NCBI RefSeq assembly: GCF_018129685.1
Contig: NZ_JAFCLG010000002.1
Coordinates: 397,377-429,376 of the forward strand
Origin: Bradyrhizobium manausense
GTDB taxonomy: Bacteria > Pseudomonadota > Alphaproteobacteria > Rhizobiales > Xanthobacteraceae
Direction: 5' to 3'
Length of the DNA stretch: 32,000 bases
The notes below the pieces were generated by a model. That model saw only the letters and a list, made by a program, of their open reading frames with translations, searched no databases and was not told where the DNA came from. Below, piece after piece: positions 24,952 through 32,000 of this stretch. The number at the start of each line of letters is the position of its first letter. Within the stretch, counting starts at the first letter, position 1. A program made the translations under genes and the position numbers.

Positions 24952-26163
24952 TTATTCCGCGGGGCTTTGTACGGTCATCAGATAAGCGTACACGTTGTTA
25001 AGCTGGTTATCTTTGAATACTTCGTTCCATGCGGGCATCCCCTTCGCCGGGCGTCCCTCGTGAACGGTCTTCCAATACGTATTGCGCATGTTATCGCCAT
25101 ACCGAACTCGTAGCCGTCGAAGGTCGATGCGACGTTCGCTCTGTACGGCGTCAGGACCGTGGCAGTGTGCGCACGTACCGTTGAAAATTTCGCGCCCCTC
25201 GCTCACCGCTTCAGGAGTTGCTACGGGCGTCTCGGCTGCTGAATTGGCCGCCGTAAGGGTGGCTGTCGCCTGTGCCAGAACGACGGGTAGCGCCGGTGTG
25301 TCCAAGGCGGCATGCATGACCGCTGGCTGCGCGACTGCGCTCAGCTTGATTGGGATGTCGGTCGGAAAGCCATACTTGGCCGAGAGGTCGGGAATCAGTG
25401 CTGCCAGCCCCGGGATCTGCGCATCAACCTGATCCCGCAATTCCGTTGAGCCTTTTGCAAAGCCAATTGCCACGGGCCACAGCAGGCCGTCGCCATCGGT
25501 GCTCTGGATATCGTAGCGGCCGCCATATTCGGTCTTGTTGAGCCAGCCTGCGACGGGACCCCAGATGAACGTGACATCGACCTTGCCCTCGTCGAGCGCC
25601 CTCATGCCTTCTTCGGGGCTAAGTACGGTTTTCTTTTCTATATCATCGCGCAGCGCAAGAATATTTTGGGGCGTCGATTGATATTGCACCGCCACGCGGA
25701 GTTGTTTGAGATCGTCGATGCTGGAAACCTTGCGTCCCTTTGCGGTCACCAGCGCATAACCTTCCTTGATGATCGGCTTCGAGAAGATGACCGCCGGCCC
25801 CATGAAATCCTCGCTGGGCGTCAGGCCGATCATGGCATCGCATTGTTTGCCCAGCAGCGTGACGCGTACTGTGCGTTTGCCGAAATAGGATTTGTACCAG
25901 TCATAGCTGACCGGACGCCCCAGCGCCTTGCCGAGAGCCTGCCCAATTTCCAGGTAGACGCCCGGCATCGAGGGATTATCGCTTGAGAATGGCAGATTGG
26001 TCGGATCGGCGCAAAGCCGCAGCGGCTGCGCGTCGTCGGCGCCGGCCTGTGAAGCCGGCGCCAGAAGCGTGAGAACGACAACAACAGCGGGGATACTCGC
26101 GTGGACACAAGCGTTGCATTTGTCGCTGGACGATCCACGTGTGCCCAGTAGCTTTGCTAGCAT
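24952..26163 (-). CDS. Fusion protein: MoxJ/XoxJ-like periplasmic SBP domain, Ala/Pro/Thr linker, C-terminal mono-haem cytochrome c (XoxG / methanol-metabolism cytochrome c type)
   Basis: Signal peptide, then ..LRLCADPTNLPFSS..GVYLEIGQALGKALGRPVSYDW..VDVTFIWGPVAGW.. (type-2 SBP, MoxJ-like). A ~45-aa low-complexity linker (AVAQPAVMHAALDTPALPVVLAQATATLTAANSAAETPVATPEAV) follows. The cytochrome part is GREIFNGTCAHCHG....GRPAKGMPAW, with the CAHCH codons at 25159-25173. I prefer the ATG at 26163, behind GGGAGTTGAGG. It starts 24 nt after the xoxF stop. Confidence 0.8.
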   Translation of the reverse strand: MLAKLLGTRGSSSDKCNACVHASIPAVVVVLTLLAPASQAGADDAQPLRLCADPTNLPFSSDNPSMPGVYLEIGQALGKALGRPVSYDWYKSYFGKRTVRVTLLGKQCDAMIGLTPSEDFMGPAVIFSKPIIKEGYALVTAKGRKVSSIDDLKQLRVAVQYQSTPQNILALRDDIEKKTVLSPEEGMRALDEGKVDVTFIWGPVAGWLNKTEYGGRYDIQSTDGDGLLWPVAIGFAKGSTELRDQVDAQIPGLAALIPDLSAKYGFPTDIPIKLSAVAQPAVMHAALDTPALPVVLAQATATLTAANSAAETPVATPEAVSEGREIFNGTCAHCHGPDAVQSERRIDLRRLRVRYGDNMRNTYWKTVHEGRPAKGMPAWNEVFKDNQLNNVYAYLMTVQSPAE

Positions 26164-26187
26164 CCTCAACTCCCTGTCGTTTAGTTT

Positions 26188-27906
26188 TTATTGAACCGCA
26201 AAGACGAACAATGCGCCGCCTTCTGGCGCGGCGGCAGTCATTTTCTTGCCCACATCTCCAAGGAACGCCGGAAGAGATGCGGTACGGCCAACGACCACGG
26301 CTACATATTGCTTGCCGTCCACCGAATAGGTGACCGGACCAGCGCCGATACCAGAACCAAGGTTTTTCTTCCAGAGAATCTTACCATTTTTCGCATCGAT
26401 CGCGTGGAAGTCGCCGTGCAGGTTGCCGTAAAATACAAGGTTGCCTCCGGTCGCCAATGTACCGCCGTTAAAAGGCAGGTCCTGCTTGATCGACCAGACC
26501 TTCTTGCTGTTCACCGGATCCCAAGCTACGAGTTCGCCAAGGAATCCGCCTGGGCCTTCCTTGGTCGGAAATTCGGCGCCGAGGTAGAAGACGCCGCGCT
26601 TGTAGGAGACATCGCTCACCGACCAATCCATGCAGACGTTGTTGGTCGGAATATAGACGAGGCCGGTTTCCGGACTGAATGACATCGGCTGCCAGTTCTT
26701 GCCGCCGATCAGGTTTGGACAGATGTCCTTGGCGGGATGGCCGGGACCTGGGCGCTTGTCAGGATCCTCGACCGCTCGCATTGTGGTTACGTCCCATTTC
26801 TTGGCCCAGTTGGTCGAAGCGACGAATTTTTCCGCCGAAAGAACCTTTCCGGTATCGCGATTGGCGACGAAGAAGAAGCCGTTGCGATCCGCCTTCATTA
26901 ACGCCGGAACTTCCTTTCCATCCATTTTCAGGTTGGCAAGGACGAGTTCGTTCACGCCGTCATAATCCCAAGCGTCAGCGGGAGTCTGCTGAATGTGCCA
27001 CTTGATCTTGCCGGTGTTGGGATCGAGCGCAAGCGTCGACGCCGTGTAGAGGTTTGTCAGCTTGCCGAAATTGCCATCACCAGTGGACCGAACGCCAGTG
27101 TTCCAGGGGCCAGGGTTGCTGGTGCCCCAGTAAACCGTATCGGATTTGGCATCATAAGAGCCGACCAGCCATGCAGCACCACCACCATGCAGCCCGGTGT
27201 CGCCCTTCCATGTGTCGCTGCCAGGCTCGCCTGGTGCCGGAACGGTGAAGGTCTGCCAGACCTGTTTGCCGGTGGCGATGTCGAACGCCTGAAGCGATCC
27301 GCGAACACCATATTCGCCGCCGCCAAAGCCGGTGATGACCTTATCGCGCACCACCAACGGCGGCGATGTGATGACCGATCCCTGCTTGTAATCGACAACG
27401 GTCGTGGTCCAGATCGCCTTACCTGTCGCGGCATCAAGCGCCGTCAGCTTACCGTCAAGGCGCCCGACAAACAGCTTGCCGTCGGCATACGATACACCTC
27501 GATTATTCACGTCGCAGCAGGCGTATTGCAGCACGTCATCGGGAATTTCCGGCTCATAGGTCCACTTGCGCGCGCCAGTCGCGGCATCGAGCGCATAAAC
27601 GTATTTCGGACCCCACGATGTGGTCACATAAAGCGTATTGCCGATGACGAGCGGCGAGGACTCATTCGAGCGCAATGATGCGAGTGAGAACGAATACACC
27701 AGCGACAGCTTGCCGACGTTCTCGGCGTTGATTTGCTTAAGCGGGCTGAAGCGCGTGTTGGCGTAATCGTGCCCTGCGACGGCCCACTGATTAGAATCGG
27801 ACACTGCTTTGACGACCGAGTCGTTGGCGCTTACGCTAAACGTCCCGGCAACCAGACTGGCGACGATGGACACGCCGGCCAAGAATCCCCTGCTCCTCAA
27901 CGTCAT
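26188..27906 (-). CDS. xoxF: PQQ-dependent methanol/ethanol-family dehydrogenase, XoxF-type (lanthanide-ligand Asp present)
   Basis: Signal peptide, then ..NQWAVAGHDYANTRFSPLKQIN... Vicinal Cys pair at YACCDVNNRG, plus GGGEYGVRG and WGTSNPGPWN. WDYDGVNE carries the D-Y-D motif (codons 26959-26967). The second Asp distinguishes Ln-dependent XoxF/ExaF/PedH enzymes from Ca-dependent MxaF (D-Y-A). SD GGGAGGATACAG-ATG. Confidence 0.88.
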   Translation of the reverse strand: MTLRSRGFLAGVSIVASLVAGTFSVSANDSVVKAVSDSNQWAVAGHDYANTRFSPLKQINAENVGKLSLVYSFSLASLRSNESSPLVIGNTLYVTTSWGPKYVYALDAATGARKWTYEPEIPDDVLQYACCDVNNRGVSYADGKLFVGRLDGKLTALDAATGKAIWTTTVVDYKQGSVITSPPLVVRDKVITGFGGGEYGVRGSLQAFDIATGKQVWQTFTVPAPGEPGSDTWKGDTGLHGGGAAWLVGSYDAKSDTVYWGTSNPGPWNTGVRSTGDGNFGKLTNLYTASTLALDPNTGKIKWHIQQTPADAWDYDGVNELVLANLKMDGKEVPALMKADRNGFFFVANRDTGKVLSAEKFVASTNWAKKWDVTTMRAVEDPDKRPGPGHPAKDICPNLIGGKNWQPMSFSPETGLVYIPTNNVCMDWSVSDVSYKRGVFYLGAEFPTKEGPGGFLGELVAWDPVNSKKVWSIKQDLPFNGGTLATGGNLVFYGNLHGDFHAIDAKNGKILWKKNLGSGIGAGPVTYSVDGKQYVAVVVGRTASLPAFLGDVGKKMTAAAPEGGALFVFAVQ

Positions 27907-28064
27907 CTGTATCCTCCCGATATGATTTGCCGCGTTCGCAACTCGATGAACTGGGTTCGCGGGGTGCTTATGCTAAGCTTCGACGTGCACGCTTGCGGCG
28001 CGCCGTCGCGCCGGAATTACAGCATCAGAATTTGGTACATCGTATAGGCAGAAGGTAGTAGTCT

Positions 28065-28076
28065 CGATTATAATCG
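28065..28076. promoter_or_regulatory. 12-bp perfect AT-rich palindrome CGATTATAATCG containing TATAAT, about 160 bp upstream of xoxF
   Basis: Read directly. It is followed by GGAATTGTTCC (a GGAA/TTCC inverted repeat). I found no convincing -35 element on either strand. Confidence 0.2.
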
Positions 28077-28129
28077 GGAATTGTTCCTGCCGTCGAACGA
28101 GGAGAAGCTCGCGCGCGGTTGCTTTTTGA

Positions 28130-28820
28130 TAGTGCAGTGCAGCAAGATGAAGCCTGAAGCGCGAATTGTTGCCTCCTTACCATCGCTTCGGATTCATCGC
28201 GTTGGTGTTGTTCGTGCTCCCCCCGCAACCGGCAAGGCCGATGGCTTCGACACCGAGCATCTGTTCGGATTTACAATCGGAACCGACGTCGGCAATGTTG
28301 GCGAGAGGGAGGTCAAGGGATCAACGACGGCGCGTTTGGCAAAACAACCGGTTCGTATGGTAGCGCTGTGTCCCAGACGCTCTCCGCAGAATTCGTGCCT
28401 TTCGAGAAATTCCGGACCGAATTTTGAGCAGCGATCAATCCTCGCGATATTGCGGGCGTAAGCGGGCTCGAAGACCGGCGACAGGTTGCCTTCGGCGGCT
28501 TTTCCGCCGACTTTAGGTACTGGCTTCTCGACCGCGCGACTGCGGCATTCGGATTGGCTGTCGGTGCGGAGTCGCATTCGGGAGCCGCGCCATAGCGAGC
28601 AACTGCTGCACGAGTCGGCCGATTCGATCGACGGACGCGACAATATGACGAAGCGCCCTCTCTCGTGCCATTGGGCGGCTCAACCTTGGACCCTTGACGG
28701 TCGCTATAGCTACTCTACCGAGAAATGGAACGCGGTGGACAAGCTTGCGGCACTTGTGGAGCTCATTCTCAATCCCATTGTTGACAACATCGTAGAGTTT
28801 AAGGGCGAGCGAATGTGAGG
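28130..28820 (+). pseudogene. Decayed gene for an exported protein of unrecognised family (several frame changes and stops)
   Basis: A signal-peptide-like piece (..RFGFIALVLFVLPPQPARP) lies in one frame and ADGFDTEHLFGFTIGTDVGNVGEREVKGSTTARL in the next. After that, GSYGSAVSQTLSAEFVPFEKFRTEF-TGA-AAINPRDIAGVSGLEDRRQVAFGGFSADFRYWLLDR.. continues in a third frame. No single frame is intact. Confidence 0.3.
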
Positions 28821-29280
28821 TAAGCCACCTGATAGCGGAATTAAAATAGGCGAGGTGCTATTCTTTGGTCCTGGTTGCATCGGATGCTGGGCCTTGCTAT
28901 CTGCCGAATACTTGAAGTTTTACTCTCACATTCTCAACCGACAATGTCGTCTTCGCTGATGGCAATCGCGAGCATGAAATCCTGCGCATCCAGCGCGAGA
29001 TTGCACAGCGCATCAAACTGCGCCTCGTTGAACGCGTCACGGAGAATGTCACCGATCTATGCCTGCAGTGCAGCGACACTGCTAATGGCTGAGCTGATGC
29101 CCAAAGCGGGTGACGATGCCGCGCTTGCACGACCGATCAGCCTGCATTGTCCTGGGCTAGACATATGCCGGCGGCACGTAGTGACTTTGATGCCAATTGA
29201 CGTTTCGACGACGCTTTTCGGCAGCGTCTGGTTCGCCCGCATGCATACAGAGAAACCACAATACGGTGGAGAAGAATGAG

Positions 29281-29652
29281 ATGTCGCTTCGTACTCTCCT
29301 GACCGTCGCTGCTTTTGCAGTATGGCCCAACTGGGCGTTTGCCCATGCCGCGCTGGTTGGATCGAGTCCTGGCAGCAGGGCTGTGGTCACTCACATGCCC
29401 GATCATATCGATCTTTGTTTCAATGAGCCTGTCGAGGTCAAGTTCTCCACCGTGCAGATCACAGATGAAAAGGGCACGACCATACCTATTTCGGAGCTTA
29501 AGCACGGCGCCGACCCCAAGTGTCTTAGCGCTACCGTTCCGCCAGCGGCTGCAGGGATTTATACAGTGAAGTACCGCGTGCTCTCTCAGGACGGTCATGT
29601 GGTTAAATACGGCTTCCAGTTCACGGTGAGGGAAAGACAGCCTGTACCGTGA
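29281..29652 (+). CDS. copC: Periplasmic copper-binding protein CopC
   Basis: The signal peptide ends WAFA, so the mature N-terminus is HAALVGSSP. This is followed by ..IDLCFNEPVEVKFSTVQITDEKG..GIYTVKYRVLSQDGHVVKYGFQFTV, the CopC/YobA pattern with an N-terminal His. The ATG at 29281 sits behind GGTGGAGAAG. The track start at 29197 adds 28 codons. Confidence 0.88.
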   Translation: MSLRTLLTVAAFAVWPNWAFAHAALVGSSPGSRAVVTHMPDHIDLCFNEPVEVKFSTVQITDEKGTTIPISELKHGADPKCLSATVPPAAAGIYTVKYRVLSQDGHVVKYGFQFTVRERQPVP

Positions 29653-31646
29653 CAATCGTTGCCTTCATCGCAGTTTGGAAGACTTTAGGAACCCTGTGCC
29701 TTGCGTGGTTGATCGGCGGGCCCGTTTTCGTCTGGTTGAGCGGACGCTCCAAAGAAAAGGTCATTTTGTCATGGCGTTCTGTTGTCAGAAGAAGCTTTCC
29801 GTGGGCAGTGCCCCTGTTCATTCTGTCAATCATTTTTGTCTTATTTGCTGAGGCTGCGTCGACAGCTGAGCTATCGCTTATAGAGAATCTTGCCCGCCCC
29901 GATGTGCTGAGGACTTTCGCGTTTCAAACACGGGTAGGCCAGTTGTCTATGTTCAGACTGATCGCAGGTATGGCGTTGTTTGCGCCGACGATGTTTCTGG
30001 CAAAAGCCGCGACCGACCACGCAGAAGAGACCGGGCTGTTTTTGGTGCTGGTGGTCGCCGCCGTGGTCTGCGCAATGGGGCCGTTGAACGGACACGCTGG
30101 TGCGGACATCGGATGGTCAACAGCCTGTCGTATCATTCACGTATGCGCCGTCAGCATATGGATTGGGGGCCTGCCTGGTTGGCTAGGGCTCGTATTTTTG
30201 GTCGCAAAGGCTCCAGACATACACCGTTGTGCCTACGCCTTCTCCGCCATGCTCCAGTTCTCTCGTTTGGCGATCATCTGTATGGCTACGACGATCGTTT
30301 CGGGGGCATTTATTGCTTCTGAATATGTTGGCAGTCAGGGCGATCTTTTGGGCACTCCCTATGGGCTCGCGATTTGCGGTAAAGCGCTGCTATTGCTTGG
30401 CGTATTAGCGATTGCGAACCTCGTCCGCGCGGTGCTGCTGCCGCAGCTTCGGTGCGCTGAGCCAACGACTGCCTTTCATATGACGGCGGTACGCTGGGTA
30501 ACTCTCGAATTTACATTGGCGGTGGGTATTGTCGGCTTGGCCAGCCTTCTCTCGCAACTGACGCCTGCGCTCCATGATCAGCCGTATTGGTGGTTACCGC
30601 TGCGTATATCGATTGCCGCAACTTGGCCAGTCCCTTCTACTCGGATGTTTGTTGCGGGAGGGCTGCTGATTGCGGTCGCCGGATCTTTGATTGCGTGCCG
30701 TTACTTCGCGCCTGGCCTCTGGCGGCGCTCCGCGTTAGGTGTCTCCGTATTGGCAGGGGGCGCCGTGGCTCTGTCGCAACTCGCCGTGCCGAGTTTTCCA
30801 GATACATTTCGCCGATCTGAAGTTCCTTACCTGACATTGTCCATTTTCAGGGGAAAACAACTCTTCGAAGATAATTGCACTGTCTGTCATGGAATGGGCG
30901 GGCGCGGCGACGGACCAGGTGGAAAGTCGTTGAGGCGACCACCAGCCGATCTCACTGCGCCGCATACGGCGCTTCATACTGCGGGAGACATGTTCTGGTG
31001 GATCTCCAATGGAATACCAGAAAGCGGAATGCCGGGATTTTCCACGGCCTTTACGGAGCTGGACCGCTGGGATGTAATCAACTTCATGCGCGCATTTTCG
31101 CAAGGCTTCGAGGCACGCGTGCTTTCGCTTTCTATTATACCATTGCGCCCCTGGGTCGGTGCACCGAACTTTTACTTCGAAAGAGTTGGAGGCGAACCAA
31201 AGGCGCTGAGTGATTATCGGGACCACACCAATGTGCTTCTTGTGTTCTTTTCCCCCGAGAATAAACAAGATCTTGAAAGGTTGCACACCTTGGCATCGGC
31301 GCGGGTTAAGCTGCTTGCTGAGGGGCTGGAAATACTCGTTGTTGCTCGTAGCGAGAAGCCATTTCCGAACAATGGCCTTACGGTGGTCGACGACTCAACT
31401 GGGGAGGTGCGGGAGAGCTATTACCTTTTTGCTAGGACCTTGCAAGATCAGGGCGATGGAGAATCAATAGAGATGAAAAAGGACCGCATTGAGTTTCTCA
31501 TCGATCGGTTTGGTTACATCCGGGCTCGATGGATTCCCCAAGACGAAAAAGAAGGGTGGTTCAATACCGAGCGTTTGAGGGAGGAAATCGCCAAACTAAA
31601 TACGGAGCCGCGCATATTCCCGCCGCCCGACGATCATGTCCATTGA
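29649..31646 (+). CDS. copD: Three-domain fusion: CopD polytopic membrane domain, mono-haem cytochrome c, and a Cys-less thioredoxin/peroxiredoxin-like domain
   Basis: The GTG start overlaps the copC stop (GTGA). The first ~390 aa form multiple TM helices with CopD-like blocks (..IHVCAVSIWIGGLPGW..). The cytochrome part is GKQLFEDNCTVCHGMGGRGDG....IPESGMPGF, with the CTVCH codons at 30876-30890. The tail is ..KALSDYRDHTNVLLVFFSPENKQDLERL...LEILVV....FLIDRFGYIRARW.., a redoxin fold pattern lacking CxxC. It ends PPPDDHVH. Confidence 0.85.
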   Translation: MTIVAFIAVWKTLGTLCLAWLIGGPVFVWLSGRSKEKVILSWRSVVRRSFPWAVPLFILSIIFVLFAEAASTAELSLIENLARPDVLRTFAFQTRVGQLSMFRLIAGMALFAPTMFLAKAATDHAEETGLFLVLVVAAVVCAMGPLNGHAGADIGWSTACRIIHVCAVSIWIGGLPGWLGLVFLVAKAPDIHRCAYAFSAMLQFSRLAIICMATTIVSGAFIASEYVGSQGDLLGTPYGLAICGKALLLLGVLAIANLVRAVLLPQLRCAEPTTAFHMTAVRWVTLEFTLAVGIVGLASLLSQLTPALHDQPYWWLPLRISIAATWPVPSTRMFVAGGLLIAVAGSLIACRYFAPGLWRRSALGVSVLAGGAVALSQLAVPSFPDTFRRSEVPYLTLSIFRGKQLFEDNCTVCHGMGGRGDGPGGKSLRRPPADLTAPHTALHTAGDMFWWISNGIPESGMPGFSTAFTELDRWDVINFMRAFSQGFEARVLSLSIIPLRPWVGAPNFYFERVGGEPKALSDYRDHTNVLLVFFSPENKQDLERLHTLASARVKLLAEGLEILVVARSEKPFPNNGLTVVDDSTGEVRESYYLFARTLQDQGDGESIEMKKDRIEFLIDRFGYIRARWIPQDEKEGWFNTERLREEIAKLNTEPRIFPPPDDHVH

Positions 31647-31681
31647 AGGCTGTGTCTAACCCAGCAAAAGGAAGAGTCATC

Positions 31682-32000
31682 ATGAAAACCCAGCTGAAAA
31701 TTGTTATTGGTGTCTGTTTGTTCGCTACTAACCCGATGCAGGGGTCCTTTGCGCTTGCACAGGGTCATCGGCATGAGGGCTCCCCCACCATTCCGGTGCA
31801 AGGCGCGCTCCCCCGACAGACCTCGCCGTTGAAAATCTTGCTGCCTCGAACCGGCGACGAAGTCGGAACCCGACTTGCAATCATCTTCGAGACGTCCGCG
31901 AACTTGACGGCGAGCACTGAGTTAGCAAACGGACAGCACCTTCACATCGAATCTGACGACACCATGATGATGCCCGTCGCCGATCAGTTGATTCGGCTTG
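31682..32000 (+). CDS. Exported His/Met-containing protein (possibly DUF4399-like), 3' end beyond the window
   Basis: This ORF is not in the track because it runs off the edge. My translation is MKTQLKIVIGVCLFATNPMQGSFALAQGHRHEGSPTIPVQGALPRQTSPLKILLPRTGDEVGTRLAIIFETSANLTASTELANGQHLHIESDDTMMMPVADQLIRL.. SD AAAGGAAGAG. It starts 35 nt after copD. Confidence 0.5.
   Translation, partial: MKTQLKIVIGVCLFATNPMQGSFALAQGHRHEGSPTIPVQGALPRQTSPLKILLPRTGDEVGTRLAIIFETSANLTASTELANGQHLHIESDDTMMMPVADQLIRL

Noticed and set aside
28875-29279. Plus-strand 134-aa ORF, and a minus-strand piece reading ..IGDILRDAFNEAQFDALCNLALDAQDFMLAIAISEDD
   Set aside because: I recognise no family, the reading frames are interrupted by stops and there is no SD. 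I left it unannotated as possible gene debris.
29137-29655. 172-aa minus-strand ORF
   Set aside because: It is fully antisense to the well-supported copC and has no motifs.
1-32000. Search for CRISPR arrays, tRNA/rRNA genes, long direct repeats, intact prophage or defence-system genes
   Set aside because: Reading both strands, I saw no regularly spaced repeats, no cloverleaf-like or rRNA-like conserved segments, and no recognisable nuclease, ATPase or defence domains.

Overview
The window looks like a high-GC alphaproteobacterial accessory region. Bradyrhizobium-like is only an inference from codon usage and IS types. It is a mosaic of functional modules separated by truncated IS remnants from at least five families: IS66, IS256, IS110, IS3 and IS701.

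The main result is an intact four-gene copper membrane monooxygenase (CuMMO) operon on the minus strand at 11780-15400, in pmoC-pmoA-pmoB order plus a PmoD-position gene. The metal-ligand motifs I can read are all conserved. The operon is visibly more AT-rich than its surroundings, and nothing else in the window looks like a canonical methanotroph or nitrifier.

Several nearby modules could process its products or supply its metal:
- An AraC / HSL-type esterase / type I Baeyer-Villiger monooxygenase / SDR cluster at 2600-7147.
- A lipoprotein esterase directly downstream of the CuMMO operon.
- A XoxF-type PQQ dehydrogenase carrying the lanthanide-associated D-Y-D motif.
- An unusual single-polypeptide XoxJ-like SBP::cytochrome c fusion.
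- A FIST sensor translationally coupled to a hybrid histidine kinase, with two paralogous LuxR-type response regulators.
- copC followed by a three-domain CopD::cytochrome c::Cys-less thioredoxin-like fusion.

My leading hypothesis is inference only. I propose a horizontally assembled CuMMO-based short-chain hydrocarbon oxidation system that runs a sub-terminal route: alkane to secondary alcohol, ketone, ester, then acid plus (m)ethanol. It would have its own copper-supply and lanthanide-dependent alcohol oxidation modules.

Other genes are an MCP, a PAS-GGDEF-EAL protein and a partial ferredoxin-reductase-type flavoprotein at the left edge. I saw no rRNA, tRNA or CRISPR array.
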